This document shows positions 19,202 through 29,009 of a DNA stretch of 64,000 bases, piece by piece. The translations under genes and the position numbers were made by a program. The DNA comes from Muribaculaceae bacterium. GTDB lineage: Bacteria > Bacteroidota > Bacteroidia > Bacteroidales > Muribaculaceae. The DNA lies in assembly GCA_017454355.1 (NCBI GenBank), contig JAFTDD010000020.1, positions 3,509-67,508 on the forward strand, in the 5' to 3' direction. Within the stretch, counting starts at the first letter, position 1; each line of letters opens with the position of its first letter. Below the pieces are notes generated by a model. It searched no databases. It saw only the letters and a list, made by a program, of their open reading frames with translations, and was not told where the DNA came from.

Positions 19202-19489
19202 ATGAAAAAGAAGATTTTATTGTTTGTGGCGATGGCGCTCACTATGGGCTACGTCGCCAGTGGCCGCGAAGACGGCAAGTGTGAGTGCGGCGGCAAGCTG
19301 ACGTGGACGGCTCATTGTTTCTCCGAGAAGGTCACATGCTACTACTGCAAGGGCAAAGGCACGATTACGGGCGGCGGAATAAGTATCACCTGCGGCGTGT
19401 GTGAAGGCACCGGCGAGTACACCAAGTGGACCGCGGGCTACAAGTGCACCACGTGTGGCAGCACCTACACCAGTTGGAGCGAGGAGTAA
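19202..19489 (+). CDS. Small secreted Cys-rich protein with DnaJ-type zinc-finger motifs
   Basis: Signal peptide; CECG, CYYCKGKG, CGVCEGTG, CTTCG. Confidence 0.7.
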   Translation: MKKKILLFVAMALTMGYVASGREDGKCECGGKLTWTAHCFSEKVTCYYCKGKGTITGGGISITCGVCEGTGEYTKWTAGYKCTTCGSTYTSWSEE

Positions 19490-19536
19490 CGCTTGTTTAT
19501 CTCACGTAAAATCCCGTAAATGAATATTTTGCGGAT

Positions 19537-19601
19537 GTAGGGACACAATTTATTGTGTCCACGTGCCGCGGAGGGGCGGACACAATAAATTGTGTCCCTA
19601 C
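19537..19601. repeat. Inverted GTAG-type REP doublet
   Basis: GTAGGGACACAATTTATTGTGTCC ... GGACACAATAAATTGTGTCCCTAC; the same REP occurs at ~11594-11617. Confidence 0.8.
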
Positions 19602-19665
19602 AAACTCGGTGATGCAATTGATATTCAATCTTTTCTACTAAATAGATATAACTATTACAATGATT

Positions 19666-19812
19666 ATGAAGAAGTTGATTGTGTTGGGAATGGTGGCGGT
19701 GGTGTTGCTCTTAACGGGAGCGGTGTCCGCCTATGCCCAAGAGCCGGATCCGCGTCTGGCCGGCGTCTGGAAACGGCATATTGCACATTTCAACATCAAC
19801 GATAACTGGTAA
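19666..19812 (+). pseudogene. In-frame internally deleted paralog of 18621-19103 (48 aa)
   Basis: MKKLIVLGMVAVVLLLTGAVSAYAQEPDPRLAGVWKRHI-AH-FNINDNW keeps the first ~39 and last 7 residues of the 160-aa gene. Confidence 0.75.
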
Positions 19813-19825
19813 ACTATAACTTTTT

Positions 19826-20563
19826 ATGAAGAAAATAATTATTTGTATTGTAGTCATTTTGGTGGCGATTTCTTCGGCAGACTGTTTTAGCGGACAGCGG
19901 GTAGCGAATAGTGCACAGCGAACAGCGAACAGTGGGGAGCGGACAGAGGCCAGTGAACAGAGTGTAGGTGGCCGTACTCGCCCAATAGGTGGCCGTACTC
20001 GCCCAATAGGTGGCCGTACTCGACCAATAGGCGGCCGTACTCGGCCAATAGGCAACAACAAGCAGGGGGCAGCGATAAACAATAATGCCTGTGATGATGA
20101 TTCAATTGGTTTTGTTGGAGTTTGGACTCCAGCAGAAGATACTTGGATGAAAAAGATTAAAATCACCTATTCGAAAGGCAAATACACTGTTCAGTTAAAA
20201 ACTGAAGAGGGTATAAAATCTTTTACAGATCTTTCATGTGAAAACAATAGTTATATAAGCTGGTCATATTATGATGATACAGAATATGGGGAATGGCGCC
20301 TTAGACACTCTCGCAACGAAAATCCTTATGAAGTTCCAATTGTTGATCGCTATGGCTCAATTCAAGGTATTGTATATTATTCTACGAATTTTCATTATCA
20401 TGCCAAATATCGAAAAATTTATATGGTTTTTGTAGCATATTTGCATGATGGGAACTTAGAAGTAAAATACGGACTTGAAAAGAAATATTATGATTCCTCC
20501 GATCATTTACTTTTTACATCTATTCCTAATTACGGTTCTCCTTGTATTTTCACCAACTGGTGA
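19826..20563 (+). CDS. Secreted hypothetical protein (GVW...NW family) with in-frame repeat insertion
   Basis: Signal peptide, GGRTRPI x4, 'FVGVWTP', ends 'IFTNW'. Confidence 0.7.
   Translation: MKKIIICIVVILVAISSADCFSGQRVANSAQRTANSGERTEASEQSVGGRTRPIGGRTRPIGGRTRPIGGRTRPIGNNKQGAAINNNACDDDSIGFVGVWTPAEDTWMKKIKITYSKGKYTVQLKTEEGIKSFTDLSCENNSYISWSYYDDTEYGEWRLRHSRNENPYEVPIVDRYGSIQGIVYYSTNFHYHAKYRKIYMVFVAYLHDGNLEVKYGLEKKYYDSSDHLLFTSIPNYGSPCIFTNW
19965..20053. repeat. 21-bp tandem repeat x4 inside CDS
   Basis: TAGGYGGCCGTACTCGVCCAA units at 19965, 19986, 20007 and 20028. Confidence 0.9.
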
Positions 20564-20656
20564 TAATTACTCAAGTTTCTAAAGTAGGTTCACGTAAATT
20601 CACGGGATAAAAAATCCAGAAAATTTTCGAGGTGACATCTAACATAAATAACTACG

Positions 20657-22021
20657 ATGAAGAAGATTGTAACTTTTTTGATAGCACTTGCGGCAACTGT
20701 GTTTTGCTCGCAGGCGGCGCCCGTTAAGGTTGACGCACAGAAGATGCTCGAGCGCTTCTTGTCTTATGCCCGCGTGGAGAGCGCGTCGGTATATGTCTCG
20801 GATATGCAAGTGTTCCCGATGACCGACGGACAGCGCGAGTTGGCGCGGTTGGTGTACGACGAGGTGAAGTCATTCGACGGCAAGGATGTTAAGGTGACGC
20901 TCAGTGACGACTACTACGTGTATGTCGACATCCCCTCCAACGTCAAGCGTCAGGTGCCCTCAATCCTGCTCATGGCTCACCTTGACGTGACGCCAGAGGC
21001 CCCCGGCGTTGGCATCAAGCCGATGGTGCACCGCAACTACGATGGCGGCCCCATCGTGCTGCCCGGTGGCAAAACCCTCAGTCCGGACACCCCGCAGGGC
21101 GCGCACCTGAAGGACCTTGTGGGCAAGACCATCGTCACCAGCGACGGCACCACACTGCTCGGCGCCGACGACAAGACCGGCACCGCCGTGCTCGTCTCGC
21201 TCGTGGAAGAGTTGATTAGCAACCCGAAGATTAAGCACGGCCGCGTGATGGTTGCCTTCAGCCAAAATGAGGACGTGGGCAAGGCCGCGCTGCGCTACGA
21301 CCCGAGCGTGTTTGACTGCCGCCCCGATGTGGTCATTGACGTTGACGGCAATATGGCGGGACGCTTCTCGGTGGGCAACTTCACGGCTGTCGGGCAGTCA
21401 TATCTGTTCCACGGCAAGAGTGTCCACCCCGGCCACGGCAAGGAGAACGGTATGGCCGACGCGCTCGCTGCGGCAGCCTATTTCGTCAGCCTTGTGCCGC
21501 CCGAACTCAACCCGAGCCGTCGCGAGGGCAACGAGGGCTACGTACACTGCTTCACGCTTTTCCACCCCAAGAGAGTCGATGATCCGAAAAAGGACAACGA
21601 GGATGATGTGATTGTGGGGGTGCGCCTGCGCTACTTCGACCGCGAGGAGGGTGAATACCAGAAGCGGCTGATGGAAGAGAACGTGGCGAAAACGCGGCAG
21701 GTGTGGCCACGAGTGGAAATCACCAAGACCGACGACGAGATGCAGTATGAGAACATAGCCTACGCCCTGCCGGAGTTTGTGCCCGACCTGGTGCGTAAGG
21801 CGGCCGCCAAAGCCGGCATGACGCTCGAGCCGCAACTCGAGCGCGGCGGCACCACGTCGGCAATGATGACGGCGCGCTTCCCCGACCTGATGCCCGGCGG
21901 CAGTTGCGTCTATTCGGGTCAGCAGGCCGAGCACTCCGTCTATGAGTGGTGCTGCATCGAGGAGATGCTGCAGATTGTGGACCTCTGCGAGAATATCGTC
22001 ATTGAACTCACCAAAATGTAA
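20657..22021 (+). CDS. pepT: Peptidase T (M20B tripeptide aminopeptidase)-like protein with signal peptide
   Basis: 'MAHLDV', 'TSDGTTLLGADDK', 'HPG', 'RGGT', 'HSVYEW'. Confidence 0.8.
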   Translation: MKKIVTFLIALAATVFCSQAAPVKVDAQKMLERFLSYARVESASVYVSDMQVFPMTDGQRELARLVYDEVKSFDGKDVKVTLSDDYYVYVDIPSNVKRQVPSILLMAHLDVTPEAPGVGIKPMVHRNYDGGPIVLPGGKTLSPDTPQGAHLKDLVGKTIVTSDGTTLLGADDKTGTAVLVSLVEELISNPKIKHGRVMVAFSQNEDVGKAALRYDPSVFDCRPDVVIDVDGNMAGRFSVGNFTAVGQSYLFHGKSVHPGHGKENGMADALAAAAYFVSLVPPELNPSRREGNEGYVHCFTLFHPKRVDDPKKDNEDDVIVGVRLRYFDREEGEYQKRLMEENVAKTRQVWPRVEITKTDDEMQYENIAYALPEFVPDLVRKAAAKAGMTLEPQLERGGTTSAMMTARFPDLMPGGSCVYSGQQAEHSVYEWCCIEEMLQIVDLCENIVIELTKM

Positions 22022-22039
22022 CAGACTCCCCTACATTTC

Positions 22040-22259
22040 CTCTCGAAAATTATCGAGAATTTACGAAAAAAATATAATTATCTCCCGTGAATTTCCGTGA
22101 ATTATCGTGAATTTTATTATTTCAAAAAAAGGTTGTGTATTGCAAGACGAAGTCTTGTACTCATCATCAAGATTATTTATTCACGGAAATGCACGAAAAT
22201 TCACGGGATATTAATTTTCGGAGATTTTCGTGAGTATATTCAAGGTTTCGGATTTTAGG
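22040..22259. repeat. Nested palindromic element (10-bp unit family) with internal cGAAg hairpin
   Basis: CTCCCGTGAATTTCCGTGAATTATCGTGAA...TTCACGGAAATGCACGAAAATTCACGGGA; right end is the reverse complement of ~39008-39085. Confidence 0.8.
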
Positions 22260-22270
22260 TAACATCTAAT

Positions 22271-22834
22271 ATGGGTAGTGTGATTTGGCGAATAGTGCTG
22301 GCATTGGCGGCGATTGTGGCCATAGGCTACGCCGAGCAATTCTTCCCCGGCGTTGGGCTCGTTGTGGTCTGCTTATTGGTGCCTATCGGGCTTTTGTGGG
22401 AAAAGTTTACACACGAGTTTCATGAGCGCGATGGCGTGCTATTATTCGTTTTGGGCATCTGCTTTGTCGTTCTCTCGATTGTAAATACCCAAGTAATCGG
22501 CGTGAAAGTGGCGGCCGACGGTAGGAACGGCGCCAAATTGGTCTCGTCGTTCTATCCGTTTGGTCGAGTGCTCGCTGAGGGCGATAGCATCGATACCGTG
22601 AACGTTGCCTGGCGATACAAGGAAGACGACGGCACATACTTCGCGGAGCGCCGCGACTGCTACATCGTGCACCGCGGCAAAATGACCCAACGTGCTCGCG
22701 GCCACGCCAAGGCGAGGCCCTACATTGACGCTGACGGAGCACGTGGGGACGCACATTATACACGTCTTCGATGTGTGTTTGACACTCTTCCAGCGGTCGG
22801 AATGTCCCAAAAAAATCGACATTCCGACCGCTGA
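22271..22834 (+). CDS. Membrane protein, 3' end probably disrupted by a REP/repeat insertion
   Basis: Three TM segments; C-terminus reads through a GTAG REP (22698-22723) and the 53-bp repeat. Confidence 0.5.
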   Translation: MGSVIWRIVLALAAIVAIGYAEQFFPGVGLVVVCLLVPIGLLWEKFTHEFHERDGVLLFVLGICFVVLSIVNTQVIGVKVAADGRNGAKLVSSFYPFGRVLAEGDSIDTVNVAWRYKEDDGTYFAERRDCYIVHRGKMTQRARGHAKARPYIDADGARGDAHYTRLRCVFDTLPAVGMSQKNRHSDR

Positions 22835-22889
22835 AAGTGTCTCCACGGGTCGGAATGTCCCAAAAAAATCGACATTCCGACCGCTGAAA
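22795..22889. repeat. 53-bp-period direct repeat of a palindrome upstream of an ATPase promoter
   Basis: GGTCGGAATGTC-ccaaaaaaatc-GACATTCCGACCGCTGAAA at 22795 and 22848; -7 box TACCTTTG at 22925-22932. Confidence 0.85.
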
Positions 22890-22964
22890 TGCAAAAATTA
22901 TTTTGCGGTTTCAAAGAAAAACGCTACCTTTGCCACTGAAAATCAAACCGCTGCTATCAAAGAT

Positions 22965-24401
22965 ATGGAAAATATCATCGGTCGTGAACGTGAGATTGCA
23001 CGTCTAAAGAGATGCATGGAGTCAAAAGAGAGCGAATTTGTCGTTGTTTATGGCCGGCGCCGTGTCGGAAAGACATTCCTTGTGCGAAGTTTTTTTGAGG
23101 ACAAATTCTGCTTTACCGTCACCGGCATCTACAATAGTTCCACCCGCGATCAACTCAGCAATTTTGTTGCCGCCCTGCATCAATGTGGCGCGCAGGTGAA
23201 CGCAGTGCCTAAAGATTGGTTCGAGGCGTTCAGTTTGCTGCGCGAACACTTGACCACAGTCAAGACGCGTGGCAAGAAGGTGATATTCATTGATGAGATG
23301 CCGTGGATGGATACAGGACGCTCGCTTTTTCTGACGGCTTTCGGTCACTTCTGGAACTCATGGGCAGCCTGGCAGCACAACATCGTCATGATCGTGTGCG
23401 GCTCGGCTACGGCCTGGATGTCAAGCAAAATCCTGAATAACACCGGTGCGCTCTATAACCGCGCGACGGCTCGCCTCCATCTCAACCCGTTCTCACTCCA
23501 TGAAACCGAGCAATATCTGCGCTCCATGAAAATGCGATGGAGCCGATATGACATTGTGCAATGCTATATGGCGGTGGGCGGCATACCATACTACTTGCGG
23601 CAACTCGACCCGCAACTGACGGTTAACCAAAACATTGACCGGCTGTTCTTCGGTGCTGACGCGATACTGAAAGACGAATTTTCAAACCTCTATCGCACGC
23701 TGTTCAGCAACGGAGAGGCATACGAGAAACTCGTGACTGTGTTGGCAACAAAACGCATAGGCCTTACACGCACCGAAATCAAACGCGATGGAGCATTTGC
23801 AGACAATGGCAAACTGACAACAATGCTCGATAACTTGTCGGCCAGCGGCTTTGTGCGGCCATACAACTACTACGGCAACCGCAAGCGCGACACCCTCTAC
23901 CAACTCGCCGATTACTATACGCTATTTTATCTGCATTTTAGCAATGGCAAACACGGACAGGGGGCAAACTATTGGGTTCAAACCACCGATAACCCGTCAC
24001 GGCGCGCCTGGTCCGGCTATGCCTACGAGCAAGTCTGCAAAGACCACCTGTGGCAGATTAAACGTCGCCTGGGCATCGCCGCCGTGCTCAATGAGAGTTC
24101 ATCGTGGTTTGCCAAGGCAGAAGATAATCGCGGCGCTCAAATTGATTTGGTAATCGAGCGTCGCGACCGCGTCATCAATTTGTGTGAAATCAAATTTTCC
24201 ATCAATCAGTTTGTTATAGACAAAGACTATGACCTGGCGCTGCGCAACAAGATTGAAACTTTCCGCCGCGCCACCAAGTCCGAAACAAAAACATTGCATC
24301 TCACCATGATAACAACCTTTGGTGTAAAGCGCGGCATGTATAGCGATATCGTGCAGAGCGAAGTCACGCTCGAAGACTTGTTTGTTCCACAAGAAGACTA
24401 A
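22965..24401 (+). CDS. ATPase_2/AAA ATP-binding protein with wHTH and C-terminal PD-(D/E)XK-like domain
   Basis: Start MENIIGRE; Walker A 'YGRRRVGKT'; Walker B 'IFIDEMPW'; C-terminal 'QIDLVIERRD...LCEIKF'. Confidence 0.85.
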   Translation: MENIIGREREIARLKRCMESKESEFVVVYGRRRVGKTFLVRSFFEDKFCFTVTGIYNSSTRDQLSNFVAALHQCGAQVNAVPKDWFEAFSLLREHLTTVKTRGKKVIFIDEMPWMDTGRSLFLTAFGHFWNSWAAWQHNIVMIVCGSATAWMSSKILNNTGALYNRATARLHLNPFSLHETEQYLRSMKMRWSRYDIVQCYMAVGGIPYYLRQLDPQLTVNQNIDRLFFGADAILKDEFSNLYRTLFSNGEAYEKLVTVLATKRIGLTRTEIKRDGAFADNGKLTTMLDNLSASGFVRPYNYYGNRKRDTLYQLADYYTLFYLHFSNGKHGQGANYWVQTTDNPSRRAWSGYAYEQVCKDHLWQIKRRLGIAAVLNESSSWFAKAEDNRGAQIDLVIERRDRVINLCEIKFSINQFVIDKDYDLALRNKIETFRRATKSETKTLHLTMITTFGVKRGMYSDIVQSEVTLEDLFVPQED

Positions 24402-24407
24402 CGACTA

Positions 24408-26267
24408 ATGAATATGAATACAGGAAGACGAGAGACGATTGCCGTCAGTTGCGGCGGCGTGACTATCGGCGGTGGCGCGCGCATCAAGGTACAGACGATG
24501 ACCAACACCGCCACTGACAACGTGCCGGAAAGCGTGGAGCAGTGCCTGCGCTGCGCCGAGGCGGGCGCCGAGTTGGTGCGCCTCACCGCGCAGGGCGTTC
24601 ACCAGGCCGAGAGTATCGGGCGCATACGTGAGTCTCTGCGTGAGCGGGGCTGCACGGTGCCGCTGGTGGCCGACATCCATTTTAACCGCAACGCCGCGAT
24701 GAAGGCGGCGGAACTATGTGACGGCGTGCGCATCAATCCGGGCAACTTCGCCGACCCGGCGCGCTCGTTCAAGCAACTGGAGTACACCGACGAGGAGTAT
24801 GCCGCCGAGTTGGCGCGTATCCGTGAGGCGTTGCTGCCGTTCATCAAGATTTGCCGCGAGCATGGCACAGCGGTGCGCCTCGGTGTGAACCACGGCAGCC
24901 TGAGCGACCGCATCATGAGCCGCTACGGCAACACGGCGGCGGGCATGGTGGAGAGCGTGATGGAATACCTGCGCGTGTTTGTCGCCGAGGGCTTTGACCA
25001 AGTGGTCATCTCGATGAAGGCGAGCAACGTTGTTGTCATGGTGGAGAGCGTGCGTCGCCTTGTGGCGGCGATGGATGCCGAGGGAATGCACTTCCCGTTG
25101 CACCTGGGCGTGACCGAGGCGGGCTTCGGTGAGGACGGCCGCGTCAAGAGCGCCGTGGGCATCGGCGCGCTGTTGCTGCAAGGCCTGGGAGACACCATCC
25201 GTGTGTCGCTCAGCGAAGACCCGGAACTGGAAATCCCCGTGGCGCAGAAACTCGTGGATTATGTCCATCATGCCCAAACGTATCACAATGTAATCTCCCC
25301 TGCAACGCGTCCGGACTTTACCTCGCAGACGCCCACCCGCCGCCAGACGAGGTGTGTGGCGGGTCTGGTGGGCGGCAACTGCCAGCCTGTAGTTATCGCA
25401 TCCGGCCTGCCGTCACAACTGTCGGCAGATACCGTGCCGCCCGACTTCTTTTTCACCCGGCGAGTGGAGGACATCGACGCCGACCACCGCTTTATCGTGC
25501 CCGCCGACCGGTGGAATGAGTCGCTTGGCGACAATGTCTATCCCAAGTTCACTCCGAAAGTCGACGACGACTGGGAAGAGGTTGTCGTGTGCCGAGCCCC
25601 GATTGTGTTTGTGCGCATCACCGTTGACACCTACCGCGACAGCCGCGTGATGGATTATATCCGTTTACAGCCTCGCGCGGTTGTGCTGGTTGACAGGCTG
25701 AATAGTGACGTGCTGTCACAGATGGAATTTATGCAGAGGATGTCGGCTGCGGAAGTAAACGCCCCGGTGGTTCTGCTCAACAACTATGCCACCGACGATG
25801 CCGATAAGTTGCCGTTGGAAGCCGGCGCCGACTGCGGCCTGCTGTTGCTCAGCGGTTTTGGCGATGGATTGTGGCTCCGGGAATTCCGACTGCTGAGTCC
25901 GCCTTTGTTCGGCATAGATATGATGGTGCGCCTCAGTTTTGCCATCCTGCAGGCTGCGCGACTGCGCACGACGGCCACCGAATTTATCTCCTGTCCGAGT
26001 TGCGGCCGAACCCTGTTTGACCTGCAGAGCACTGTAAAAGAGGTGAAAGCCGCCACGTCCCATCTGACCCACCTCAAAATCGCCGTGATGGGTTGTGTCG
26101 TCAACGGCCCGGGCGAGATGGCCGACGCCGACTACGGCTACGTGGGCGCCGCGCCGGGACGGGTGAGCCTCTACCACGGCAAGCAACTTGTCGAGGCCAA
26201 CATCCCCACAGCCGAAGCCATCCCTCGCCTCATCGCCCTGATCAAGCAGTGCGGCGACTGGATTTAA
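24408..26267 (+). CDS. ispG: (E)-4-hydroxy-3-methylbut-2-enyl-diphosphate synthase (GcpE, long form)
   Basis: 'VQTMTNT', 'PLVADIHF', 'RINPGN', 'GVNHGSLS', 'HLGVTEAG', 'SCPSCGR...VMGCVVNGPGE'. Confidence 0.97.
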   Translation: MNMNTGRRETIAVSCGGVTIGGGARIKVQTMTNTATDNVPESVEQCLRCAEAGAELVRLTAQGVHQAESIGRIRESLRERGCTVPLVADIHFNRNAAMKAAELCDGVRINPGNFADPARSFKQLEYTDEEYAAELARIREALLPFIKICREHGTAVRLGVNHGSLSDRIMSRYGNTAAGMVESVMEYLRVFVAEGFDQVVISMKASNVVVMVESVRRLVAAMDAEGMHFPLHLGVTEAGFGEDGRVKSAVGIGALLLQGLGDTIRVSLSEDPELEIPVAQKLVDYVHHAQTYHNVISPATRPDFTSQTPTRRQTRCVAGLVGGNCQPVVIASGLPSQLSADTVPPDFFFTRRVEDIDADHRFIVPADRWNESLGDNVYPKFTPKVDDDWEEVVVCRAPIVFVRITVDTYRDSRVMDYIRLQPRAVVLVDRLNSDVLSQMEFMQRMSAAEVNAPVVLLNNYATDDADKLPLEAGADCGLLLLSGFGDGLWLREFRLLSPPLFGIDMMVRLSFAILQAARLRTTATEFISCPSCGRTLFDLQSTVKEVKAATSHLTHLKIAVMGCVVNGPGEMADADYGYVGAAPGRVSLYHGKQLVEANIPTAEAIPRLIALIKQCGDWI

Positions 26268-26269
26268 CT

Positions 26270-26398
26270 CCTCTCGCCAATTTCCGTCAATTCACGTAAA
26301 TCTCTCACGTAAAAGTTTCACGATTTTTACGTGAGAGTATTATTTACGAAGATTTACGAAAATTTACGAGAGATTCATTTTCGGGAATTTACGTGAGA
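26270..26398. repeat. Nested palindromic element (10-bp unit family) between convergent genes
   Basis: CTCTCACGTAAAA...TTTTACGTGAGAG core with flanking CGTAAAT/ATTTACG units. Confidence 0.75.
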
Positions 26399-27529
26399 TT
26401 AAAAGCAGGGGGCGGTGAGGAAGTCGAGCCAGCGGTGTGCGACGATGGCGGCGCTGTTGTGGCGCTCGACCAGGGTGCGGCTTTCGCGCCACAGGCGGGG
26501 TAGGGCGGCGCGGCCGTCGGGCGAGACAAGCCACTCGAGGCGCGCGTCGAGGTCGCCCTCCACAGTGGGGTCGACGTTGATGATGGGTCGCAGGTCCCGC
26601 TCGCCAAGCAAGTCATAGTATTCCGGTTCGCCGCCGCTCACCGTGGCGATGCCTTGCGCCATTGCAATCAGCGCGTTGGTGGCCGGCGTGTAACTGTATA
26701 GTTGGTCGAGCAACACGTGGCTGTGGCGCATGCGCTGCACGTAGTCGTTATATGGCAGGTTCTCGACCACGTCGAGTTCGACTTGCTCCGGATGGCGGTC
26801 GTGCAGGCGGCGCGCGGCCTCGAGCAACCGGTCGGTGCCCTTGATGACGGTGCGGTCGCGCTGGATGCCGATGAACAGCCGCACCTTTTGTGGCGGCTCG
26901 TCGCCGCGCGGCACGGGTTGCAGGGCGGCGGTGTCGACAGGAATGCCGCCGTAGGTGGCGCGCGAGCCGAGCACGGGACGATAGGCGGCATAGTATTCAT
27001 ATAGCGACGCGATGGCACCGTCGATAATCGAGACGATGTGGTCGCCGTAGGCGGCCATGTCTGTCCGCTGCCAGTTGTCTTGATGCTGGGCGCGATATTC
27101 GCCACTGTCCACGTAGGGCGAGGGCCGGTCGCCGAGGCGGTAGTCGCTGTAGCGGAAGGTGTGGCCGTCGTGGCATGCGCGCCAATAGACGATGTCAGTG
27201 CCGAGGGCGCTGAGGATGACTCGGCGGTTGTGCCGCTTGAGGCGGTCGGCAATCAGTCGCAGTTTGGCCGGTTTCAGTTCGAGGAAGTGGTGTCCGCAGA
27301 GCACCACCACGTCAAAGCCTCGCCAAGCCGTGAGCGACAGCCATGCCACGCGCGCCAGATAGGCTGTTGCGCCCAGCAGTCCCGGTCGCCGTGTGAGGTC
27401 GACGTCGCGCGCGGTGTCCATCCACCGCGAGCCATTGGAGGCCACCACGCAGTGGTGACCTTGCCGCCTGAGTTCGCCGGCCAAGCAGTTGTGCATATTA
27501 CTCGCGTCGCCAAGAAACAAAATCTTCAC
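26399..27529 (-). CDS. Glycosyltransferase (GT-B fold, family 1/4-like)
   Basis: 'MKILFLGDASNMH..LA..LR..GH', 'KGTD', 'LDQLYSYTPATNALIAMAQG'. Confidence 0.8.
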   Translation of the reverse strand: MKILFLGDASNMHNCLAGELRRQGHHCVVASNGSRWMDTARDVDLTRRPGLLGATAYLARVAWLSLTAWRGFDVVVLCGHHFLELKPAKLRLIADRLKRHNRRVILSALGTDIVYWRACHDGHTFRYSDYRLGDRPSPYVDSGEYRAQHQDNWQRTDMAAYGDHIVSIIDGAIASLYEYYAAYRPVLGSRATYGGIPVDTAALQPVPRGDEPPQKVRLFIGIQRDRTVIKGTDRLLEAARRLHDRHPEQVELDVVENLPYNDYVQRMRHSHVLLDQLYSYTPATNALIAMAQGIATVSGGEPEYYDLLGERDLRPIINVDPTVEGDLDARLEWLVSPDGRAALPRLWRESRTLVERHNSAAIVAHRWLDFLTAPCF

Positions 27530-27589
27530 AGCCCCAAAAAAATTAATTGTTTAGTATTGCGAGACGAAGTCTCGTAAAAAACTGAGTTG

Positions 27590-27648
27590 CAAAGATAGTG
27601 TTTTTTTTCGAGATTTTTTTGTCAATCGCTGCCAATGCTGTAACTTTG
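27590..27648. promoter_or_regulatory. Divergent -7 boxes for the glycosyltransferase (-) and pfkA (+)
   Basis: CAAAGATA (TATCTTTG on -) at 27590-27597; TAACTTTG at 27641-27648. Confidence 0.6.
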
Positions 27649-27682
27649 CAGTCACAAAAAGAATAACTAACGTATAAAACAA

Positions 27683-28663
27683 ATGGCTAAAATCAAGACT
27701 ATAGGCGTGTTGACCAGCGGCGGTGACGCGCCCGGCATGAATGCGGCACTCCGCGCGATCACGCGCTCGGCAATCTACAGTGGCTTCAACGTCAAGGCGA
27801 TTTACCGTGGCTACCGCGGCCTGATCACCAACGAGATTGTAGAGTTTAAGACCCAGAACGTGAGCAATATCGTGCAGCAGGGAGGCACAATCCTCAAGAC
27901 GGCCCGCTGCAAGGAGTTCACCACCCCCGAGGGTCGCCAGCAGGCCTACGAGGTGATGCGCAAGCAAGAGATTGACGCGCTGGTGGTGATTGGCGGTGAC
28001 GGCTCGTTGAGCGGAGCGCGCCAGTTTGCCAGCGAGTTTGATGTGCCCATTGTTGGCCTGCCGGGCACAATCGACAATGACCTTTATGGCACTGACCACA
28101 CCATCGGGTACGACACGGCGCTGAACACAATCATGTGGTGTGTGGACCGCATCCGCGACACGGCCACCAGCCACGAGCGTCTGTTCATCATCGAGGTGAT
28201 GGGCCGCAACGCCGGCTTCCTCGCGCTCAACGGCGCTATCGCCAGCGGTGCCGAGGCCGCGATTATTCCCGAGATTTCAACTGAGGTTGACCAGTTGAAG
28301 GAGTTGATTCAAAGCGGTTTCCGCAAGAGCAAGAACTCGTCGATAGTGCTTGTTGCCGAGAGCCCCGTCACCGGCGGCGCGATGGGCATCGCCGAGCGCG
28401 TGCGCACCGAGTATCCCGACATGGACGCCCGCGTGACCATCTTGGGTCACTTGCAGCGTGGCGGCTCGCCCACGGCTCAGGACCGTATTCTTGCCTCGCG
28501 CATGGGAGCCGCGGCAATCGACGCCTTGCTTGAGGGTCAGCGCAACGTGATGATTGGCGACAGCAACGACGAGATTGTCTATGTGCCGTTCTCCAAGGCG
28601 GTGCGCAAGGACAAACAGGTGGACCGCTCGCTACTCGAGATTCTGCGTCGCCTCTCGGTGTAA
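27683..28663 (+). CDS. pfkA: ATP-dependent 6-phosphofructokinase
   Basis: '[15 protein letters not shown]', 'GGDGS', 'PGTIDND', 'EVMGR', 'LGHLQRGG'. Confidence 0.97.
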   Translation: MAKIKTIGVLTSGGDAPGMNAALRAITRSAIYSGFNVKAIYRGYRGLITNEIVEFKTQNVSNIVQQGGTILKTARCKEFTTPEGRQQAYEVMRKQEIDALVVIGGDGSLSGARQFASEFDVPIVGLPGTIDNDLYGTDHTIGYDTALNTIMWCVDRIRDTATSHERLFIIEVMGRNAGFLALNGAIASGAEAAIIPEISTEVDQLKELIQSGFRKSKNSSIVLVAESPVTGGAMGIAERVRTEYPDMDARVTILGHLQRGGSPTAQDRILASRMGAAAIDALLEGQRNVMIGDSNDEIVYVPFSKAVRKDKQVDRSLLEILRRLSV

Positions 28664-29009
28664 AGCGTTGACCGTTTCCGACGCCTTAGGTAGGTGTCAT
28701 ATTGGATTTTTATACATTTTTACACTTCCGCTTGTTGGAAGTGTAATTTTTTTGGCATTTTTGGCCGAAAAACTCCCTGTTTGTAGGAAAAAACGGTTGT
28801 TTTATTAAAATTTTCTAACATTTTTATTTGTATTTGTGTAAAAATTTGTAATTTTGCCGCGTAAAATTGAGAAACTGCAGTATGGAATGACGGCAGCGAT
28901 GACGCCTACACCATACTTAGCATATAGCGTGTAGCATGTAGCATGTGGCATGCAAGAACTCTAATAACACCACAATATTTAATAATAGGTAAATTTTTAT
29001 TAATTGCTT

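Noticed and set aside
14365-22834. Integron cassette array
   Set aside because: Genes are co-oriented and separated by palindromes, but there are no RYYYAAC/GTTRRRY attC cores or integrase, and the same palindromes flank housekeeping genes.
22795-22889. Possible CRISPR array (also 36918-37035 and 19965-20053)
   Set aside because: Only 2-4 units, no unique spacers and no cas genes.
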